Shown here: in pieces, positions 15,666-22,188 of the stretch | Numbering within the stretch: position 1 is the first letter of the stretch | How the letters are laid out: every line of letters starts with the position of its first letter | Position numbers and translations under genes: made by a program | The notes under the pieces: generated by a model | What the model was told of the DNA's origin: nothing | Database searches by the model: none | What the model saw: only the letters and a program-made list of their open reading frames with translations | From: an uncultured Dehalococcoidia bacterium | GTDB lineage: Bacteria > Chloroflexota > Dehalococcoidia > Lucifugimonadales > UBA3495 | Reading direction: 5' to 3' | Length of the DNA stretch: 22,188 nucleotides | Assembly (NCBI GenBank): GCA_950072105.1 | Contig: CATMOE010000059.1 | Span: forward strand, 1-22,188

Positions 15666-17273
15666 GTGAAAAGCGACTTTTTAATTGCGTTGACCCAGTT
15701 GGCCGCGGAACGTCACCTGCCTAGGGAGCAGGTCCTTTCGGCTATTGAGGTAGCATTGGCGTCGGCCTTCAAAAAGGACAATCCGGCGTCTGGGCAGAAT
15801 ATCTCCGTCAAACTTAATCCCAATACCGGAGACGTAAACGTCTACGCCCTAAAAATGGTGGTCGATTCGGTAGAAGACCCCGAAAAAGAGATAACCGTAA
15901 TAGACGCCCAGCGCATAAAGACGGGCGCCAGCTTGGGTGACGAGGTGGCGGCGGAAGAACCTCTGCCCCATAACGCCAGCCGAATCGCTGCACAAACAGC
16001 CAAACAAGTGGTTCTCCAGAGGCTGAGGGAAGCCGAGCGGGAACTGTTATTCCAAGAGTTCTTGCAACATGAAGAGGACATCGTCTCCGGTGTCATTGAG
16101 CAAAGTGAGCCAGGCCGGGCCATAACTCTAGACCTGGGCCGGGCTCAGGCCGTCCTTCCTTACGAAGAACAGGTACCCACGGAACGGTATCGCAAAGGGC
16201 AACGAACTAAAGTCTACGTATTGAGCGTTCGTAGCGCTGCTAAGGGGCCGGAGATTCTGGTATCCCGCAGCCATAAGAATATGCTCAAACGCCTGTTTGA
16301 GATTGAGGTTCCGGAAGTTTACAACGGCGTTGTTGAGATTAAAGCCATAGCCCGGGAGGCGGGGTTCCGCAGCAAGGTGGCGGTCAGCGCTACCCAACCG
16401 GGAATCGACCCTGTGGGCTCATGCATCGGGGTGCGGGGAAACCGTATCCAGAGCATCGTTAACGAGCTCCAAGGGGAAAAGATCGATATCGTATCTTGGG
16501 ACGAGGATCCCAAAGTATTCATAAGTAAAGCGCTCAGCCCTTCTGAAGTCGTCGCGGTGGAATTGTTCCCCAGCGATTCGACTGCGATGGTGGTTGTGCC
16601 CGACCGCCAGCTTTCTCTGGCTATCGGAAAAGAAGGCCAGAATACCCGTTTGGCCGCCAGACTCACCGGTTGGCGGTTGGATATCAAGGGTATGACCGAA
16701 TGGGAAGAGATTCGGGAGGCTCGCAGACTTAAGACCGCCGCGGAAGCGACGGAGAAAGTCGAAGAAGAGACCGCAGCAACCGCCGTGGCCGTGCTTGACG
16801 CACATGAAGCCAAAGTCCAAGAGGCAGATGCGCCGGCCGCCACCGATACCCAAGAGGAATCCCCGGTCGCGGTGGTCGACGCTGAGACGGTCGAAGTCGC
16901 CGGGCCGGTTGGCGAAAAAGCCGACGAAGACGAAATCCTTGAAGCCCTGATCCGGGAAGAAGAAGGCAGAGAGGCGTTGGAGGCGGCAGCGACCGGGGAA
17001 GCTTCTTCCCCGAGCTTCAGTGTTGATGACCTAGATTCGTTCACATTGGGAGACGTCGGGACTATAGAGGACGATGAAGAGCAAGACGAAAAAGAGTTAG
17101 TCTTAGTTCCCGATTCGCCGGCGATGGCGGTGGTGACCCCCGATGCCGGCAAGATCAGGTTCGCTGAGGACTTGATCGAAGATGCCCGTGGCGGTGGACG
17201 CCGAAACAACCGCGCCCGACGCGGTGGCGCGGCTAGGAAGGGACCGGCTAACCGAGGTGGCGGTCGCCAATAA
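15666..17273 (+). CDS. nusA: Transcription factor NusA with long acidic C-terminal extension
   Basis: 'RIAAQTAKQV..Q', S1 domain, 'LFE.EVPE', 'AREAG.RSKVAV', KH motifs 'SLAIGKEGQN.RLAARLTGW..DI'. GTG 15666 chosen from SD spacing. Confidence 0.97.
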   Translation: MKSDFLIALTQLAAERHLPREQVLSAIEVALASAFKKDNPASGQNISVKLNPNTGDVNVYALKMVVDSVEDPEKEITVIDAQRIKTGASLGDEVAAEEPLPHNASRIAAQTAKQVVLQRLREAERELLFQEFLQHEEDIVSGVIEQSEPGRAITLDLGRAQAVLPYEEQVPTERYRKGQRTKVYVLSVRSAAKGPEILVSRSHKNMLKRLFEIEVPEVYNGVVEIKAIAREAGFRSKVAVSATQPGIDPVGSCIGVRGNRIQSIVNELQGEKIDIVSWDEDPKVFISKALSPSEVVAVELFPSDSTAMVVVPDRQLSLAIGKEGQNTRLAARLTGWRLDIKGMTEWEEIREARRLKTAAEATEKVEEETAATAVAVLDAHEAKVQEADAPAATDTQEESPVAVVDAETVEVAGPVGEKADEDEILEALIREEEGREALEAAATGEASSPSFSVDDLDSFTLGDVGTIEDDEEQDEKELVLVPDSPAMAVVTPDAGKIRFAEDLIEDARGGGRRNNRARRGGAARKGPANRGGGRQ

Positions 17274-17299
17274 TTGGCGCCCTACCTACAAGGATAATA

Positions 17300-17602
17300 T
17301 TGCTGTTGGCCAATAGGCGCCATATACCGGAGCGTAAGTGCGTTGCTTGTGGCCAACGATTCCCGAAACGAGAGCTGATCCGCGTGGTGCGGACGCCGGA
17401 AGGGACCATTTTGGTAGACCAGGCCGGGAAGAAGCCAGGCCGTGGAGCTTATGTCTGCCGATCGACAACTTGCTGGCAGCGGGGCGTTCCCAAGACTAGC
17501 CTTGAGAGAAGCTTGAATACCACCATGTCACAGGAGAGCCAGGATCAAATAATGGCTTTTTACCGGGACACGGCGGTAAACCCAATCTCGGTGGAGCAGT
17601 AG
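17300..17602 (+). CDS. ylxR: YlxR (DUF448) family RNA-binding protein
   Basis: 'PER.CVAC....PKRELIRVV', 'GRGAY.C'; canonical position between nusA and infB. Confidence 0.92.
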   Translation: MLLANRRHIPERKCVACGQRFPKRELIRVVRTPEGTILVDQAGKKPGRGAYVCRSTTCWQRGVPKTSLERSLNTTMSQESQDQIMAFYRDTAVNPISVEQ

Positions 17603-19396
17603 ATGACTACTGAACGACGATCTAGCCAACCCCGGCGGAGGCAATCCAGAGTTCTGGTATTGCCCCCAACGCTGACTGTCCAACGACTGTCGGAACTCAC
17701 CGACCAAAATCCCATAGACGTCATTAAGCAATTGATGCGCAACGGAATCATGGCGGCTATGAACCAAGTCATCGACTACCAAATGGCCACCTTGGTTACG
17801 TCCGCTTTCGAAATAAGTACCGTGATGGCGGAACCAGACGAGGCGGATGCCGGTAAAGATTCGAAAGCCGAAGAAGAGGTTGACCAGGCCGGCTTGGTCG
17901 CTCGCACTCCAGTTGTTACGATATTGGGGCATGTAGACCATGGCAAGACCACCCTCCTGGATTTTATTCGGGACTCTAGCGTGGCCGAGCGAGAAATTGG
18001 CGGCATTACTCAGCACATCGGAGCCTACCAAGTCGAAGCCAATGGGCAGCTATTAACCTTCCTTGATACACCCGGCCACGAAGCCTTTTCCGCCATCCGA
18101 GCCCGCGGTTCCAAAGCCACAGACATCGCGATTCTCGTGGTAGCCGCAGACGACGGCATTATGCCCCAAACTGATGAAGCCATTAGCCACGCGAAGGCGG
18201 CCGGAGTCCCGATTCTCGTGGCGATAAACAAGATGGACATGCCAGCCGCCGATTCCGAGAGGGTTAAGCGCCAACTCAGCGAGCGAAACCTGCTGGTGGA
18301 GGATTGGGGAGGAGAGATAATATCGGTGGAGCTCTCCGCCCGCACCGGGGAGGGCGTAAACGATCTGCTAGAAAACATTGCGCTTGTCGCCGAGATTGCC
18401 GAGCTTAAGGCCAACCCGGATAACCCAGCAACCGGAGTCATAATCGAAGCCAAACTAGACCGCAAGCGGGGACCAACGGCCACCCTGCTCGTACAAGACG
18501 GCACCCTTGCTGTGGGTGCGTACGTCACCGCGGGAGGAGTCTGGGGCCGGGTTCGGGCAATGAGCAACTACCAAGGAGATGCTATAAAACAGGCGTTGCC
18601 CGGCACTCCTGCTGAAATTCTCGGGTTCGGCACCATCCCCGAGGCTGGAGACCTGTTTACCGTGGTGCCCAACGAGCGCACGGCCCGGAACATGGCCTCC
18701 GAACGGGCGAACTCAGCTTCGTCCCAACAAGCACAGGCTCGAGCCTTGACCCTGGACGAAGTGGTCAATCAGACTCCGGCCGGAGAACTCAAAGAGCTTA
18801 ACCTTGTACTGAAAGCAGACGTTAAAGGCAGTGTAGAGGCTGTCAGACAATCATTGGAGAACCTCACCGAAAACAATATAAAAGTTCGCATCTTGCACGC
18901 TAATTCCGGCGGTGTGACTGAATCTGATGTGTTGCTAGCCAGCGCTTCCAAAGCCATTATCATTGCTTTTACTGTGGGCATCGAGCCGAGTGCTGACCGG
19001 TTGGCCAATCGTATGGGCGTTGAGATTCGCAGTTACGACATCATTTACCAGCTGATAGACGATGTGGAGTTAGCATTGCAGGGCTTGCTGGAGCCCGCCG
19101 TTGTTGATGTGATTCTAGGCCGCGCCGAAATCAGGGAAATCTTCCCAACCAGAGGTGGCGTCAAGATCGCGGGTTGCCGCGTAGTTGAAGGCCGCATCAC
19201 CAAGGGCGTCACCGTGAGAATCACCAGAGACGGTAAAGTTCTGGAGGAAACCACGGTCAACAGCCTGCGCCACTTCCGCGACGAGGTAAACGAGGCAACT
19301 CTTGGCACCGAATGCGGCATAGTGCTCCAGGGCTACAACGACTTCGAGCAGGGAGACGTGTTGGAAGCCCATCGCGAGGAAAGAGGACGGCGTTAA
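17603..19396 (+). CDS. infB: Translation initiation factor IF-2 (short N-terminus)
   Basis: '[12 protein letters not shown]', '[10 protein letters not shown]', 'DTPGHEAF', 'NKMD', 'KADV.GSVEA', 'ECGI'. Confidence 0.98.
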   Translation: MTTERRSSQPRRRQSRVLVLPPTLTVQRLSELTDQNPIDVIKQLMRNGIMAAMNQVIDYQMATLVTSAFEISTVMAEPDEADAGKDSKAEEEVDQAGLVARTPVVTILGHVDHGKTTLLDFIRDSSVAEREIGGITQHIGAYQVEANGQLLTFLDTPGHEAFSAIRARGSKATDIAILVVAADDGIMPQTDEAISHAKAAGVPILVAINKMDMPAADSERVKRQLSERNLLVEDWGGEIISVELSARTGEGVNDLLENIALVAEIAELKANPDNPATGVIIEAKLDRKRGPTATLLVQDGTLAVGAYVTAGGVWGRVRAMSNYQGDAIKQALPGTPAEILGFGTIPEAGDLFTVVPNERTARNMASERANSASSQQAQARALTLDEVVNQTPAGELKELNLVLKADVKGSVEAVRQSLENLTENNIKVRILHANSGGVTESDVLLASASKAIIIAFTVGIEPSADRLANRMGVEIRSYDIIYQLIDDVELALQGLLEPAVVDVILGRAEIREIFPTRGGVKIAGCRVVEGRITKGVTVRITRDGKVLEETTVNSLRHFRDEVNEATLGTECGIVLQGYNDFEQGDVLEAHREERGRR

Positions 19397-19459
19397 TCCG
19401 CTCCCTACGACGGTCTGACCGCACACCTGTTTAACAATCCCCCGGCGCGGGAGGCCACT

Positions 19460-19879
19460 ATGTCCCGGCGAATCGATCGAGTCAACGAATTGCTACGCCT
19501 TGAAATCAGCCAAGTATTGGCGCGCCAGATAAAAGACCCTCGTCTTTCCGGCGTCATTACCATCACTGAAGTCAGGACCACTCCCGATCTCCGAAACGCC
19601 TTGGTTCTTCTCAGCGTTATGGGAGATCAGGAAACTAAGAAAAGCGCCTTGGCCGGCATCGAGTCTGCCGCGAAGTTCTTGAGAAGAGAACTTCGCGGGC
19701 GATTGACCCTGCGCTACGTTCCGTTTCTTCGCTTCGTCCTAGACGACTCTTTGGAGCACGCCGACCGCCTCATGACGATAATGAACCAGATCCAAGAGAG
19801 CCAGATCGGCAACGTAGCAGCTGAGATCATCGCCGTCGAAGATTCTCAAAGCGGCGCGGCGTCGACCAAAGGCAGCTGA
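19460..19879 (+). CDS. rbfA: Ribosome-binding factor A
   Basis: 'RR..RV', 'KDPRL', 'ITEV..TPDL..A', 'LRYVP.L.F..D.S'. Confidence 0.96.
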   Translation: MSRRIDRVNELLRLEISQVLARQIKDPRLSGVITITEVRTTPDLRNALVLLSVMGDQETKKSALAGIESAAKFLRRELRGRLTLRYVPFLRFVLDDSLEHADRLMTIMNQIQESQIGNVAAEIIAVEDSQSGAASTKGS

Positions 19880-19882
19880 TTG

Positions 19883-20848
19883 ATGGCGCGACCAAGAAAC
19901 AATTCCGTTCCGGCGGTCAACGGGTTTGTTAACCTCTATAAACCCTCGGGAATCACCTCCATGGATGCTTTACGGCAGGTGAAAAGAATCACCGGCCAAA
20001 GGAAGAAGGTGGGCCACGGGGGCACGATGGACCCACTGGCTAGAGGCGTACTCCCGGTCTGTTTCGGGCAAGCCACCCGGCTCATGGATCATGTGGTTAG
20101 CGGCAGGAAGATCTATCTGATGGAGATAAAATTCGGTGTTACTACCTCCACTTACGACGGCGAAGGTGAGGTAGTCAAAACCGGAGACCCCGGAGGATTG
20201 ACCCGGAAGTTGATCGAAGATGCCCTCGAGCCGTTCCTAGGAGTTATACAACAAGCCCCGCCCATGTATAGCGCGATCAAAGTGGGGGGTCAACGCTTGT
20301 ACAAGCTAGCCCGTGCCGGCATCGAGATCGAAGTTGCCACCCGCCCCGTGGAGATACACGACATCCGCATCGTGCAATACGATCTTCCCAGTTTGACGTT
20401 GGAAGTGGAGTGCGGAAAAGGCGCATACATGCGCTCCCTGGCCCATGATTTGGGCGAAGCCTTGGGCTGCGGCGCTCACGTTTCCGCGTTGGAGCGTCTC
20501 TCGTGCGGGGAATTCAAAGCCGAAACCGCCATCACTCCGGACCAATTGGGGACAACCGCCGATAATCAGGAAGATTGGCAACAGCACCTGTTACCGGTCG
20601 ACTGGGTATTGCGGAATCTCGAAAGCGTTACGGTTGGCCCACAGGCCGAGCAGTACTTACGTCATGGTCAAACCGTGAACCTAGGACACGCTCCGCAGAA
20701 CGCGGGTTATCTGGAGGAGTTCCGGGCTTACGCCAACGACGGACGATTCCTCGCCCTTGTCCGCTTCGAGCGCAGCGAAAACTCCTGGCGGCCGGTCAAG
20801 GTTTTCGAGGTCGATTCACCCTCACCCTACGCCCCTCAGCCCACCTAA
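19883..20848 (+). CDS. truB: tRNA pseudouridine(55) synthase
   Basis: 'KP.G.TS', 'KVGH.GT.DP.A.GVL', 'Q.PPMYSAIKVGG.RLY.LAR', 'C.KG.Y.RSLA.DLG'. Confidence 0.96.
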   Translation: MARPRNNSVPAVNGFVNLYKPSGITSMDALRQVKRITGQRKKVGHGGTMDPLARGVLPVCFGQATRLMDHVVSGRKIYLMEIKFGVTTSTYDGEGEVVKTGDPGGLTRKLIEDALEPFLGVIQQAPPMYSAIKVGGQRLYKLARAGIEIEVATRPVEIHDIRIVQYDLPSLTLEVECGKGAYMRSLAHDLGEALGCGAHVSALERLSCGEFKAETAITPDQLGTTADNQEDWQQHLLPVDWVLRNLESVTVGPQAEQYLRHGQTVNLGHAPQNAGYLEEFRAYANDGRFLALVRFERSENSWRPVKVFEVDSPSPYAPQPT

Positions 20849-20936
20849 AACGCCGCGATAAATGCCTTTACGAAGTCGTCCCAAACGGCGCTACGATTTT
20901 AACAATCCCCAACCTGCTACTGGGCTTCTTCACGCC

Positions 20937-20964
20937 TTGACAATCTTCGTGTTCCCTGTATATT
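20937..20964 (+). promoter_or_regulatory. Sigma70-type promoter downstream of truB
   Basis: TTGACA(20937-42)-16 bp-TATATT(20959-64). Confidence 0.65.
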
Positions 20965-20971
20965 GAAAATC

Positions 20972-21120
20972 GTCACGTTCGCCTGCGCGTCGGCTGATGA
21001 ACGACTGGGCCGGCTAAGATTGGTTACTCAAGCCAACAAGGCTTTAACGGGGCATCCGCAGTCCTCTTAGACCCTGCTCTCTGAAATAATTTTCAGCCGG
21101 GAACCAGGCTACAGATCACG
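20972..21120 (+). ncRNA. Rod-shaped structured RNA, candidate 6S RNA (or structured 5' leader)
   Basis: Nested pairings GCCTG/CAGGC, CGGCTGA/TCAGCCG, central bubble, CTAAGA/TCTTAG, GTTA/TAAC, AAGCC/GGCTT; begins right after a promoter. Confidence 0.5.
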
Positions 21121-21157
21121 TAACCAGGCATGCCTAATCCATTCGGGGGTGCAGATT

Positions 21158-21298
21158 ATGGAAGCCTACTGCTTCAAGTGCCGAGGCAAGCAAGAGATTC
21201 AGAACCCGCAGCAAGTTACCCTTAAGAACGGACGCCCTGCTACTCAGGGTGTTTGTCCCGTATGCAGCACGAAGGTCTTCAGGATCGGCAAGTCTTAA
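21158..21298 (+). CDS. 46-aa zinc-ribbon protein, DUF5679-like (not in ORF track)
   Basis: MEAYCFKCRGKQEIQNPQQVTLKNGRPATQGVCPVCSTKVFRIGKS; two CxxC; GGGGGTG SD. Confidence 0.88.
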   Translation: MEAYCFKCRGKQEIQNPQQVTLKNGRPATQGVCPVCSTKVFRIGKS

Positions 21299-21333
21299 CT
21301 AGATAACCGACTCCTACCGCTGCCCCAAGGTGT

Positions 21334-22020
21334 TCATGCACTAGAGTCGGACGCAGGGACAGGGCCAAATCCCAATTTGACCAATAGGTTTTGCGGATTA
21401 GTTTCTAATAGGGCGTGGGCTTCTTCTTTGTTGAGGCCCGCGCCTTCAGCTATTTTGTCTATCAGATCGAGAGTCAACAGATCATCAGGTTCATGAGCAT
21501 CGGAGTCCAATACCGTGGCCGCGCCAACCTGCCTGGCCAGATTGACAACGTGCCCATTAGTCAAGCTATGCCCCTTCCGTGCCGACACCTCTAGATAAAC
21601 CCCGTTCTCGGCTGCCAGCCTGGCGACCTCATAGCTGATCAGCCCGGGATGGGCTAAAACATCCACGAACGCCGAACGCACTGCTGCTTCATTCGTACCG
21701 GGCTCAACCGGCTCCACAATGGTTTCGCCATGAACCGTCACCAGTTTCGCGCCCAGTTCCTTGGCAGTCCTGGCAACCATGTCTATGTCATCTTTGGGCA
21801 CGTGAGTAATCTCCACACCGGGCATCGCCAAAATGTCCCACCGGTCAGTCGCGTTGGCGCAATCCACCACCAAGGTTTTCACCACGTACTCTATGTTACC
21901 GATCCCAACGTGGTCGGTTACCCCAATTGCTTTGTAGCCCCGCACCAGCGCGCGTCGTATCAGTTCAATGGGGGACAGCACACCGTCGCTAAGAAAGGTA
22001 TGGGTGTGGAAATCGTACAT
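21334..22020 (-). CDS. PHP-family hydrolase (histidinol-phosphatase-like)
   Basis: 'D.HTHT..SDG', 'TDH', 'GVEITH', 'LAHPG', 'SDAH'; GAGG SD. Confidence 0.9.
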   Translation of the reverse strand: MYDFHTHTFLSDGVLSPIELIRRALVRGYKAIGVTDHVGIGNIEYVVKTLVVDCANATDRWDILAMPGVEITHVPKDDIDMVARTAKELGAKLVTVHGETIVEPVEPGTNEAAVRSAFVDVLAHPGLISYEVARLAAENGVYLEVSARKGHSLTNGHVVNLARQVGAATVLDSDAHEPDDLLTLDLIDKIAEGAGLNKEEAHALLETNPQNLLVKLGFGPVPASDSSA

Positions 22021-22121
22021 CTATCCTCTCAATCGGGGTCTTAGCTTCGGACCAAGTCAGGCCCAATACCCACACTAGTATAAGACTGGTCGAGACTCCA
22101 GAACAACAACTATGAGGTGGT

Positions 22122-22146
22122 CCCGGTTATTTGAACAATAACGGGG
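22122..22146 (-). terminator. Hairpin upstream of the PHP gene promoter region
   Basis: GTTATT/AATAAC core with GC-rich flanks; TATACT on the minus strand at 22077-22082 lies between it and the PHP start. Confidence 0.35.
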
Positions 22147-22188
22147 CTAGATTAAGAGAGTCTTCCGCTGCCAGAGGCGTTGTGTTGA

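Noticed and set aside
20994..21030. Hammerhead ribozyme core CTGATGA (also at 13088)
   Set aside because: No stem II followed by GAAA at a suitable distance in either place.
22147..22188. 3' end of a minus-strand gene at the right edge
   Set aside because: Two frames have nearby stops and there is too little sequence to choose.

Overview
A genomic segment of roughly 58% GC (estimated by eye), most consistent with a Chloroflexota bacterium (Dehalococcoidia/SAR202-like; inferred from gene content only). Left to right: an LLM-class flavin oxidoreductase and a ThDP enzyme; a DUF3090 plus SCO1664-family pair; a cluster of REP-like GTCATT palindromes; a LarC homolog lacking its usual histidine motifs; a VOC protein; an atypical YchF; a minus-strand envelope cluster (DUF362, UbiA-type prenyl-phosphate phosphoribosyltransferase, UPF0104 membrane protein, small membrane protein); a PaaI thioesterase; a sulfur module (Rrf2, MoeB-like, mycobacterial-type CysM); the nusA-ylxR-infB-rbfA-truB operon without rimP; an unannotated 46-aa zinc-ribbon protein; and a PHP hydrolase. 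The most interesting signals missing from the ORF track are: (1) a candidate cysteine-sensing leader-peptide attenuator upstream of moeB-cysM; (2) a promoter-driven rod-shaped RNA with 6S-like architecture after truB; (3) a 96/84 bp dispersed repeat present twice in inverted orientation 7 kb apart; (4) the His-to-Glu/Leu substituted LarC. All calls are from reading the sequence by eye; no searches were run.
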